DNA of 64,000 nt from Anaeramoeba ignava BMAN (lineage: Eukaryota > Protista > Anaeramoebae): contig JAPDFW010000130.1 in assembly GCA_028826165.1 (NCBI GenBank), positions 62,001 through 126,000 of the forward strand, written 5' to 3'. The translations under genes and the position numbers were made by a program. A model generated the notes under the pieces. It made no database searches and was not told the origin of the DNA. It worked only from the letters and a program-made list of their open reading frames with translations. Position 1 is the stretch's first letter; each line of letters begins with the position of its first letter. Of the stretch, positions 14,801 through 25,900 are shown in pieces.

Positions 14801-15879
14801 TATTTACCAAAAGGCATCCTGAAAGATTGGCAGCAAAGGATATCAAGCAAACCGATTTTTTTGAATGGAAAAATATTCTTCTTTTCCAATCATTCAGTTT
14901 GAAGAACTTCAAAATTAGCACTCAACCTATCATATCGACATTTTTCATACCAGTTCCACAGGGGATGTCGATAACCGGAGATCAAGACAAAATTATCACT
15001 CTGGATCGCGAGAGGGTTATTGGGAAGCATTTGTGGTTTTTTTTGGATTTCAAATTGAGCGATCCCTTCAAAATTGAGTTGGATTCGAAACTTGAAAAGA
15101 AGCCACAAATTGGAGTGCCTTTTGCGCAGGATATAAGCAATTTTTCTGAGTGTTTTGTTGTTGACAAAAACGGACATTTTTTGATTTGTTGTGGGTTTTG
15201 CGATGACAGTTTCAAAATATTTGAGGTTGGGAATTACAAAATGGTGCAAAGTATTTCCAAGCACAAGGATGTTGTTGGGTGTCTGTCAATGGATCAGAAT
15301 TATATAGTTACAGGATCCAAAGACACGACAACGATTGTTTGGGAATTTGATGAAAAGCAAGGAGAAGTGAAAGAAATACCAAAACATATTTTTTTTGAAC
15401 ACGAACAAGAAATCAAGAGTGTTGCAATTTCAGTTGAATATGACATTGTTGTGAGTGGTTCTATTGATGGGAAGATGATCATCCACACGCTGAACAAAGG
15501 GAAGCATATCCAAACAATCAATATTGTGGATAAGCAACCGATTTCGATAATTAAGCTTTCCAAAGAAGGATGTATTATCACATTTTCAGAGAACTCAAAC
15601 AATCTGAGATTATTTACCATCAACGGGTATTTGTTAAGAGAGGTAGTTTCGTCACAATCTATTTCTTGTCTTGAAGTCACTCCTGATTTTGAGTGTTTAA
15701 TTGCTGGAGGAGAGAAGGGATTACTTGAAACTCTAAGGTTGTATGATTTGAAATATATGCAAAATATTAATTTGGAACAAAAAATATGTTCAATTTCGTT
15801 CATTCCCAAAGGGTTTATTATTATTGGATTAGAAAATGGGAATTTAGAAATAGGGTATTTTCGGCGCAAACAAGGATGA
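5728..15879 (+). CDS. BEACH-domain protein 1 (neurobeachin/LRBA-like: ConA/LamG, PH, BEACH, WD40)
   Basis: Short 5' exons (5728-5841, 5920-6139, others to ~6715), intron 7692-7774, then one long exon. ConA-like FSFCTWFRIE...WHFL...[53 protein letters not shown] and ELIPEFF...LHEWIDMVFGYKQ; WD40 IVTGSKDTT. The frame breaks in an AAT tract at ~8814-8858 (two extra As). Confidence 0.9.
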
Positions 15880-15899
15880 TTTATGAGAAGAAACATTTT

Positions 15900-16980
15900 G
15901 AATATTTTAATAATTTTAATAATTTTGAATATTTTAATAATTTTAATAAATTTAATAAATTTAATAAATTTAATAAATTTAATAAATTTAATAAATTTAA
16001 TAAATTTAATAATTTTAATAAATTTAATAATAATTTTAATAATAATTAAAAAAGAAAAAGTGGAATAAAAAAGTGGAATAAATTTTAATAATTTTAATAA
16101 TAAATTTAATAATAATTTTAATAATAAATTTTAATAATAATTTTAATAATAAATTTAATAATAAATTTAATAATAATTTTAATAATAATTTTAATAATAA
16201 TTTTAATAATAATTTTAATAATAAATTTAATAATAATTTTAATAATTTTAATAAATTTAATAATTTAATAATAAATTTTAATAATAATTTTAATAATAAT
16301 TTTAATAATAATTTTAATAATAATTTTAATAATAATTTTAATAATAATTTTAATAATAAATTTAATAATAATTTTTAAAAAGTGGAATAAAAATGGAATA
16401 ATTTTAATAATAATTTTAATAATTTTAATAATAATTTTAATAATAATTTTAATAATAATTTTAAAAAGAAAAATTGGAATAAAAAGTGGAATAAATTTAA
16501 TAATAAATTTAATAATAATTTTAATAATAAATTTAATAATAAATTTAATAATAAATTTAATAATAAATTTAATAATAATTTTAATAATAATTTTAATAAT
16601 AATAATTTTAATAATAAATTTAATAATAGATTTAATAATAAATTTAATAATAGATTTAATAATAAATTTAATAATAATTTTAATAATAATTTTAATAATA
16701 ATTTTAATAATAATTTTAATAATAATAAATTTTAATAATAATTTTAATAATAAATTTAATAATAATTTTAATAATAATTTTAATAATAAATTTAATAATA
16801 AATTTAATAATAAATTTAATAATAAATTTAATAATAAATTTAATAATAATTTTAATAATAAATTTAATAATAATTAAAAAAGAAAAAGTGGAATAAATTT
16901 AATAATAATTTTAATAAGATTTAATAGTAATTAAAAAAGAAAAAGTGAAATAAAAAAGTGGAATGAATTTAATAAGATTT
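15900..16980. repeat. Intergenic (TTTAATAATAA)-type low-complexity tandem array with interspersed AAAAGTGGAA motifs
   Basis: Seen directly in the sequence. Confidence 0.85.
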
Positions 16981-17508
16981 AAAAAATAATTTTTGTTATT
17001 AAAATTTTTGATTAAATTTATTTTATTGATTACGTGTTGTTTTTATTTTTTTAGTAATAAACTCCCCTTTATTTTTTTATTTTACTTTTTAAATTTAAAA
17101 AAACAAATGCTTAATCATCTTCTGTTTTTTTTATTTTTAATTTTATTTTTTAATAAAAAAAAGCAAAAAGCAAAAAAAAAATTATTTTTTAATTTATTAA
17201 TAAAATACCCCAACAGATCAAAAATTGGAAAGTAAATTAAAATTAATTAAAAATTAAAATTAAATTTAAAATTAAATTAAAAAGAGCAAAAATTAAAATA
17301 TCATAAAATTAACTTATATTAATATAAAATTTATTTAAATTTAAAATAAAAGAAAAAAAAGAAAATTAAAAATAAAAAAGATCAAAATGAAATGCAGGCA
17401 AAAAAATGATTTAAAAGTAAAAAAATAAATAAAATTTTCTTTTTTTTTCACTTTTATTCTTCAAATCAAATCAAATTAAATTAAATTTTTAAAATTTAAT
17501 AAAAGAAA

Positions 17509-18414
17509 ATGTGTGAATTCTTCAGAAATTTCAGATCAGCAGATACTAATCACGATGGTTTCCTTCAAAAAGAAGAAATGAAAACATTTTTCAAATTAGA
17601 TGATGCAGCAGTTAATGATATCTTTGCTAAATTTGATGCAAACAAAGATGGAAAACTCAGTTTCTACGAATATGCAGATTGGATCATGAAAACAGAATTT
17701 GAGAAAGTTGACACAAACAAAGATGGAAAAATTCAACCAGAAGAATTAAAAGCATATTTCAAACTTAGTGATGAAGCAGTTAAAGCAATTTTCGAAAAAG
17801 CCGATTTAAACAAAGATGGAGTTTTGGAAATTGATGAATATGCACATTGGAGACAATATGCCAAAATGAAGGAAGAATTTGATGCAGCTGATTTAAACAA
17901 AGATGGATTCCTTCAACCTGATGAAGTCAACAAATACTTCTCAATGGAAGATGTTACTGGAGTTTTTGATAAATATGATCTTAACAAAGATGGAAAACTT
18001 GACTACAAAGAATTCCTTAACTGGAGAACTGATGTTATTCTTAAATACTTCTTTGATATCATTGATACCAACAAAGATGGATTCCTTCAACCAGAAGAAT
18101 TCAAAGCTTTCACTGGATTTGATGATGCTAAAGTCAAGGGAATTTATGATGCTTATGATGTTAATAAAGATGGAAAACTTGATTTTGCTGAATACAAGAC
18201 ATTAAAAATGGAATTGATGGCTAAGAAATTCTTCGACAAAGTTGATACCAATAAAGATGGTTTCCTTCAACCTGAAGAAATTAAAGCTTACTTCAAACTT
18301 GATGATGCTGCAATTAAAGAAATCTTTGACAAATTTGATGAGAACAAAGATGGAAAACTTAATCTTAAAGAATACATTAAATGGACTCACAGCAAATGCG
18401 ACCAAAAGAAATAA
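17509..18414 (+). CDS. 10x EF-hand calcium-binding protein, copy 1 (intronless, 301 aa)
   Basis: Ten DxNxDGxxxxxE loops arranged as five pairs, e.g. DTNHDGFLQKEE, DANKDGKLSFYE, DENKDGKLNLKE. Confidence 0.95.
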   Translation: MCEFFRNFRSADTNHDGFLQKEEMKTFFKLDDAAVNDIFAKFDANKDGKLSFYEYADWIMKTEFEKVDTNKDGKIQPEELKAYFKLSDEAVKAIFEKADLNKDGVLEIDEYAHWRQYAKMKEEFDAADLNKDGFLQPDEVNKYFSMEDVTGVFDKYDLNKDGKLDYKEFLNWRTDVILKYFFDIIDTNKDGFLQPEEFKAFTGFDDAKVKGIYDAYDVNKDGKLDFAEYKTLKMELMAKKFFDKVDTNKDGFLQPEEIKAYFKLDDAAIKEIFDKFDENKDGKLNLKEYIKWTHSKCDQKK

Positions 18415-18609
18415 GCAATTTTAATCAATTTTAATCAATTTTCTTTTTACCAATCAATTATTTTTCAATTAATCAACCATTTTCCATTTTTTTTTTTTTT
18501 AATTTCGTTCCATTTTTTTTTTTGAAAAAGAGATAAACAAACTTACCTTTTTTTTTAAAAGAGGAAACTTTTCAATTTCTTTTTATTCTTTTTATTTTTT
18601 TTAATCCAA

Positions 18610-19625
18610 TTCAATTCAATTTAATATTTAATATTCAATATTTTAATTCAATATTAATAATATTTTTATTTTATTTTAATTCAAATATATTTAATATTTC
18701 AATATCAATTTAATATTTCAATATTTAATTCAATATTTAATATTCAATTTAATATTCAATTTAATTATTCAATATTTAATTCAATATTTAATATTCAATA
18801 TTTAATTCAATATTTAATATTCAATATTTAATTCAATATTTGTTCCAATTTAATATTTATTCAAATCAATATTTTCAATATTCAATTCAATATTTAATAT
18901 TCAATTTATTTCAATATTCAATATTCAAATAATTATTTAATTATATTTAATATTTAATTTAATATTCATTTTTAATATTTCAATTCAATATTTAATTTAA
19001 TTTTAATATTTAATATTTAATATATTTAATATTCAATTTATTTTAATATTCAATTTATTATTTTAATTTAATATTTAATTCATTTATTTTAATATTCATT
19101 CCAATATTCAATATTTTCAATATTCAATATTTAATTCAATATTTAATATTTCAATATTTAATTCAATATTTAATATTCAATATTTTCATTTCAATTTAAT
19201 ATTTATATTTACCAATATTCAATTTAATATTCAATTCAAATTTCAATTTAATATTTCAATTTTAATTTATTCAATATTTATTCATTCAATATTCAATTAT
19301 ATTAATAAATATTCATTTCAATATTTATTTAATTCAATATTTAATATTCAATATTTAATTCAATATTTAATTCAATATTTAATTCAATATTTAAATTCAA
19401 TATTAATATTCATATTCAATTATTTTAATATTTAATATTCAATTCAATATTTAATATTTAATATTTAATATTTAATATTCAATTCAATATTATTTAATTC
19501 AATATTTTTAATTTAATTCAATATTTAATATTCAATTTAATTCAATTTAATTCAATTTAATATTTAATATTTAATTCAATTTAATATTTAATATTTAATT
19601 CAATTCAATATTTAATATTCAATTC
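18610..19625. repeat. Degenerate (TTCAATATTTAA)-type intergenic repeat
   Basis: Seen directly in the sequence. Confidence 0.75.
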
Positions 19626-19843
19626 TTTTTTTTGAATTAATTTTCTTTTTAAATATTTTTTTGGAAAGTTTCTTTTAGATTCGCTTCTCAAAAAAATTAC
19701 AAATGGAAAAATAAATTAAATAAATTTGTGTTTAAATTTTAATAAAAAAGATCAATTCAAAAAAGAAGGCAAAAAAAGAATTTAAAAGCAAAAAAATAAT
19801 TAAAATATTTTTTCATTTTTCTTCAAATCAAATTTAAAAGAAA

Positions 19844-20740
19844 ATGTGTGAATTCTTCAGAAATTTCAAATCAGCAGATACTAATAAAGATGGTTTCCTT
19901 CAAGCAGAAGAAATTAAAACATTTTTCAAATTAGATGATGCAGCAGTTAAAGAAATCTTTGAGAAATTTGATGCAAACAAAGATGGAAAATTAAGTTATT
20001 ATGAATACATGGATTGGATTTTGAAAACAGAATTTGAGAAAGTTGATACAAACAAAGATGGAAAAATTCAACCAGAAGAATTAAAAGCATATTTCAAACT
20101 TAGTGATGAAATGTTAAAGGTAATTTTTGCAAAAGCCGATTTAAACAAAGATGGATTTTTGGAATATGATGAATATGCATTATGGAGAAAATTATACAAA
20201 CCAAGACAAGAATTTTTCGAAGCTGATTTGAATAAAGATGGATTCCTTCAACCAGATGAAGTTAAGAAATATCACGGATTGGAAGATGTTACTGGAGTTT
20301 ATGAGAAATATGATCTCAATAAGGATGGAAAACTTGATTTCAAAGAATATCTTAATTGGAGAATTGATGTTCTTCTTGATTATTTTTATCAAATTATTGA
20401 TACTGATCACGATGGAACTATTGAACCAGATGAACTCAAAGCTTATACTGGATTAGATGATGCTAAAATCAAACGTATTTTCGATGCTTATGATCATAAC
20501 AAAGATGATAGAATTGATTTCGCAGAATTTAGAAGAATGCAATTAGAAAAGTTGGTTAAACCAATGTTTGATAAAGCTGATAGTAATAAAGATGGTTTCC
20601 TTCAACCTGAAGAAATTAAAGCTTTTTTCAAACTTGATGATGCAGCAGTTAAGGAAGTTCTTGATAAATTTGATGAAAACAAAGATGGAAAACTTAATTT
20701 AAGTGAATATCTTAAATGGAGATTAAGTCAATTCAATTAA
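19844..20740 (+). CDS. 10x EF-hand calcium-binding protein, copy 2 (298 aa)
   Basis: Colinear paralog of copy 1 with ten EF loops. Confidence 0.95.
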   Translation: MCEFFRNFKSADTNKDGFLQAEEIKTFFKLDDAAVKEIFEKFDANKDGKLSYYEYMDWILKTEFEKVDTNKDGKIQPEELKAYFKLSDEMLKVIFAKADLNKDGFLEYDEYALWRKLYKPRQEFFEADLNKDGFLQPDEVKKYHGLEDVTGVYEKYDLNKDGKLDFKEYLNWRIDVLLDYFYQIIDTDHDGTIEPDELKAYTGLDDAKIKRIFDAYDHNKDDRIDFAEFRRMQLEKLVKPMFDKADSNKDGFLQPEEIKAFFKLDDAAVKEVLDKFDENKDGKLNLSEYLKWRLSQFN

Positions 20741-20979
20741 ATCAAGAAATCAATTCAATTTTTCAATTCAATTTTCAATTCATTTTTCAATTATTTTTCA
20801 ATTCAATTTTCCAATTCATTTTTCAATTCATTTTTCAATTCAATTTTTCAATTATTTTTCAATTCATTTTTCAATTCATTTTTCAATTATTTTTCAATTA
20901 TTTTTCAATTCAATTTTTCAATTCATTTTTCAATTCATTTTTCAATTCAATTTTTCAATTCAATTTTTTTTTTTTAATT

Positions 20980-21535
20980 TTTGATTTATTCCACTTTTTG
21001 ATTCAATAAGAAAATAAATTATTGATTTTTGATTTTAATTTTAATTTTTAATTTTTGATTTATTCCACTTTTTGATTCAATAAGAAAATAAATTATTGAT
21101 TTTAATTTTAATTTTTAATTTTGAATTTTAATTTTGATTTTTGATTTATTCCACTTTTTGATTCAATAAGAAAATAAATTATTGATTTTAATTTTGATTT
21201 TAATTTTAATTTTGAATTTTAATTTTTGATTTATTCCACTTTTTGATTCAATAAGAAAATAAATTATTAATTTTAATTTTAATTTTGATTTGAATTTTAA
21301 TTTTGATTTTTGATTTATTCCACTTTTTGATTCAATAAGAAAATCAATTATTGATTTTTATTTTTAATTTTTATTTTAATTTTGAATTTTAATTTTTGAT
21401 TTTTGATTTATTCCACTTTTTGATTCAATAAGAAAATAAATTATTATTTTTAATTTGTATTTTAATTTTTAATTTTGATTTTGAATTTTTAATTTATTCC
21501 ACTTTTTGATTCAATAAGAAAATAAATTATTAATT
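20980..21535. repeat. Seven copies of an ~40-bp conserved unit (GATTTATTCCACTTTTTGATTCAATAAGAAAATAAATTATT) separated by variable low-complexity spacers
   Basis: The TTCCACTTTTTGATTCAATAAG core occurs at ~20989, 21063, 21149, 21234, 21318, 21411 and 21497. Confidence 0.9.
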
Positions 21536-21762
21536 TTGATTTGAATTTTTATTTTGAATTTTTGATTTTTAATTGAAAAAAAAATTAACAACTCAGCAAA
21601 AAATTAAATAAAGATAAAATTAAAAATCAAAATTAAAAATAAAATTAAAATGTTTTGATCAAAAAAAAAAAAAAGGAAAAGAAGGCAAAAAAAGAATTTA
21701 AAAGCAAAAAAAAATAATAAAAAATATCATTTCATTTTTCTTCAAATCAAATTTAAAAGAAA

Positions 21763-22671
21763 ATGTCTGAATACTTCAGAAATTTCAAATCAGCAGATAC
21801 TAATAAAGATGGATTCCTTCAAGCAGAAGAAATTAAAACATTTTTCAAATTAGATGATGCAGCAGTTAAAGAAATACTTGAGAAATTTGATGCAAACAAA
21901 GATGGAAAATTAAGTTATTATGAATACTTGAATTGGCTTATGAAAACAGAATTTGAGAAAGTTGACACAAACAAAGATGGAAAAATTCAACCAGAAGAAT
22001 TAAAAGCATATTTCAAACTTGATGATGAAACAGTTAAGGTAGTTTTTGAGAAAGCAGATTGGAATAAAGATGGAATTTTAGAACTTGATGAATATTCACA
22101 TTGGAGACATTTCCATAAATTGAAGGAAGAATTCAATGAAGCTGATTTAAACAAAGATGGATTCCTTCAACCAGATGAAGTTAAGAAATATCACGGATTG
22201 GAAGATGTTGCTGATATTTTTGAGAAATATGATGCTGATAAAGATGGAAAACTTGACCGTTTTGAATACATTCATTGGAGAATGGAAGTTGTTCTTAAAT
22301 ACTTCTTTGATATCATTGATACTAATAAAGATGGATTCCTTCAACCTGAAGAACTCAAAGCTTTTTATGGATTTGATGATGCTAAAATTAAAGAACTTTT
22401 TGATACTTATGATGTTGATAAAGATGGAAAACTTGATTTTACTGAATTTAAAACAATGAAAAAGGAAATGAAATCAAAGAAACTCTTTGACAAAGTTGAT
22501 ACTAATAAAGATGGATTTCTTCAACCTGAAGAATTGAAAGCTTTTTTCAAACTTGATGATGCTGCAATTAAAGAAATTTTTGATAAATTTGATGAAAACA
22601 AAGATGGAAAACTTGATTTGAAAGAATACATTAAATGGAGACGAAGCAGATTTGATTCAAAAAAGAAATGA
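21763..22671 (+). CDS. 10x EF-hand calcium-binding protein, copy 3 (302 aa)
   Basis: Colinear paralog with ten EF loops. Confidence 0.95.
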   Translation: MSEYFRNFKSADTNKDGFLQAEEIKTFFKLDDAAVKEILEKFDANKDGKLSYYEYLNWLMKTEFEKVDTNKDGKIQPEELKAYFKLDDETVKVVFEKADWNKDGILELDEYSHWRHFHKLKEEFNEADLNKDGFLQPDEVKKYHGLEDVADIFEKYDADKDGKLDRFEYIHWRMEVVLKYFFDIIDTNKDGFLQPEELKAFYGFDDAKIKELFDTYDVDKDGKLDFTEFKTMKKEMKSKKLFDKVDTNKDGFLQPEELKAFFKLDDAAIKEIFDKFDENKDGKLDLKEYIKWRRSRFDSKKK

Positions 22672-22721
22672 GCAATTTTAATCAATTTTAATCAATTTTC
22701 TTTTTTTTTCAATGAATTCCA

Positions 22722-22752
<31 letters not shown>

Positions 22753-22939
22753 TTTTTTTGATTCATTTAATTTGAATCAATTTCCAAAACAATTTTAATG
22801 AATTCCATTTCAAACTTCATTTTAATTTCTTTTGTTTTTGTTTTTGTTTTGTTTTTGTTGTTTCTCTCTTTTTGGAAAATAAAAAATAAAATCATTTTTC
22901 ATTTTTCATTTTTCATTTTTCTTTTCTTTTCTTTTTGTT

Positions 22940-25900
22940 ATGACTTCAAAAGGTATTGTTCAAGCTTTTGAAACTTCAGATTCTTCAGCAATTCAACAAT
23001 TTTTTAAAAAAAATTCTGGAAAAATTAATGAAAAAGATGTAAAAATAAAAAATAAAAAATCAAAATAAAAATTAAAATTTAAAATTTAAAATTAAAATTC
23101 AAAAAAAAAAAAACACAAATAGGAACCTTTTGTAAATAAATCTTAATTTAAATCTATTATAGAAAACAAAATTTAAAAAAGATTTTTGTTTTTGTTTTTC
23201 AAATTTAATAGAAATTTACTCCTCTTCATTATGCTGTTAAATTTCATTGTACACCTCAAGTATTTTCAACACTTATTGATTTAAAAGCAAATCCAAATGA
23301 AACAAATGTTTGATTTATTTTATTATTTTTATTCAAAATTTATTTTATTATTTTATTATTTTATTTGTTAGTCTGTAAATAATTTTAAAAGAAAAATAAT
23401 ATAGTTTCTAAATAATTAAAATTTAATTAAAATTTAAGAGTGTAAATTTTTTTTTTAAATTTAATTTAATTTAATTTAATTTCCATATTTATTATATTGA
23501 TTAGGGAAATACCCCAATTATGTATTTGATGATGGAAAATCTTGATATTGATATTTTGAAAATCCTTCTTAAAGGAGATATTAACTTTAGTATCAAAAAT
23601 GTAAAAAAAAAAATTAATAAAAATAATTCAATCCAAAAAACAAAATTTAATTTCTTATCAAAAAAAAAAAAAAAAAAAGAATGTAAAACCCTTTTTTTTC
23701 CAATAGATTTATCATTTTAAAAAAAAAAAAGATTAAATCTTAATTTATATTTTTATTCCAAATTTCGAAAGTTTGATTATGATTATTTTGATTACATTTT
23801 CAAAATGGATTTAGAAGAAAAAGTTTTTGAATTATTTTTTGATGCAAGAACAAAAACAACTTTGGAAAATCAACCCGAATTTGTAAAATGATCCATTTTC
23901 TTTTCATTTTTACAATTAATATACATTAATCTTTTTCTTTTTTTTTTAATTTTGATTTTAATTTTAGGCTTCTTTATTAGAAAAAGCAATTAAACATGAA
24001 AGATCTGAATCAATTTTGGATTTAATTTATAAATCTCTTAAAAAACCTGCAAATGAATACAAATCTTATGTAAAAGAAAATTCATAAATATTTATATTTT
24101 TTTGGATTAATTGAAAAAATTTTTTGATTAGATTGTAAATTTTGTTTGTAATTTTTAATAATAATAATAATAATTTTATTATAATTTTATTAGGATAATA
24201 CTTTATTGCATTATGCTGTTCATTATAATGCTCCAATAAATTTCGTTAAAACTTTATTAAGTGGATTTGATCCAAATGTTCTTAATGTATAATAAAAAAA
24301 ATTAATCAAAAAAAAAAAGTATTGATTAATTTAATTTCTTTTTAGAATGTAAAAAATATTAAATTCAATAAGAAAATAATTTTAATTTTTAATCTTAATC
24401 TTTAATTTTTATAGTTGGTTTGTTTATTATTTTTTAAATAAAATATTCTTTTTGATCTAAAATTTATCATAATTTAGGATGAAACCCCTTTTCATTTTGC
24501 TGTTGCAAATGGAGCTTCACTTGAGCTTTTGAAATTGTTAATTGATGCTGGTGCTGATACTTCTCTTACAAATGTTAGAATTGGGAAAAAAAATAATTTA
24601 GGAAAGAATTTGTTTTAATATTTTTATTTTCTAATAGAAAGTAAAAAAAATTTAATTTAATTTAATTTAATTTAAATTCCAATTCTCTTATTAATTTTAT
24701 TTTGAATTTTTTTTTTAGGAAGTAATTTTTTTAAAATTAGTTTTAAAAGAAAATATCTTCTTTTAAAAATATTTTAATTAGGGTATTGGAGCAATAAGCT
24801 TTGCTATTCAAAACGATTCTGAAGAAATTGTTAAATTACTTTATGATTCAGGAACAGAAATTAAGATTGTAATGATCATTTTCAAATGTTTTCTTTTCTT
24901 TTGAAAAAAAAATATATAAATCTAATAAAACATTTTTAATAAATAAAGAGTGACCATGAATTTATTGATTTAATCGCAAAATCAAAAATTGAAATTATCA
25001 AATTATTACTTGAACATAAAGCGAATCCAAATGGAACAAGAGATGCTTGGGGAAAAGTAAACAAAAAAACAAAACAAAAAACAAAAAATATTTATATTTA
25101 TATTTATATTTTGATTATTTATAAAATTTTTAAAGCATCAATCACCTTTGACTCAAGCAATAACAAGAGGATATGATTTTGTAAAATTATTACTTGAAAA
25201 TGGAGCAGATCCAAATTTACCAGTAATTAATATAAAAAATATATTTATAAATAAATATTTAAAATATTAATATAAATAAAAGGTTGTAAATTTTGATTGA
25301 TATTAAATTTCTGTTTTTAGTTTCTTCTTTTTTTATATATAATTTAATTATATTGATATTTTATAAATTAAGGGAGAATCATTTGCAATACATCATGCAG
25401 CAACTTCTCGTAACAAAGATATAATTTCTTTACTTTTAATTCATGGAGCTAATTCAATGTCTTTGGATGTATTTCATAAAATTAATTAATCAAAAAAGGA
25501 ATAAAAATTTTTTTTTATTAATCAAAATGATAAATAAACTAGAATGTAAAATTTAAAAAAAGAGAAAGAGAAAGAAATTTAATTTTAATTTTTATTTTTA
25601 TTTTTATGTTATTAGAAAGTATTTTAAAATATTCCAAAAAAAAAACATTAAATTAATATTTCCTTTTTTAGGGAAATTCTCCGCTTTGTACTCTTTTAGA
25701 AAATCCTTATGAAATTGTTGGAGCTCTTGAAGTGCTTCTTGATTCAGGTGTTGATGTGAATCATATTAATGTAATATATATATATATATATATATAATAT
25801 AAATAATATTTTTCTATTAGTTGGAAATTAATTGGAACATTTTATATTCTTCTTTTTTACTTTTTATTTTTAATTAGAATTCTGTAAAATATTTTGATTT

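Noticed and set aside
15300-15896. Antisense ORFs over BEACH, EF-hand and HEATR5 exons (e.g. 198 aa here, 190 aa at 41842-42414)
   Set aside because: They are shadows of real coding sequence with no recognisable motifs.
20980-21535. CRISPR-like repeat-spacer layout
   Set aside because: The spacers are low-complexity TTTTAA/TTTTGA variants related to each other, there are no cas genes, and the context is eukaryotic.
23160-25323. Additional intronic TAGs (~23160, 23402, 23704, 25318) as further microexons
   Set aside because: None has a GT 3 nt downstream, and the implied introns would be too short (<40 nt).
23372-25618. Recursive-splicing (zero-length AG|GT) sites as the explanation for the intronic AG...GT units
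   Set aside because: Each unit has 3 nt (or 6 or 9) between AG and GT, and those codons are needed to restore ankyrin spacing, so coding microexons fit better.
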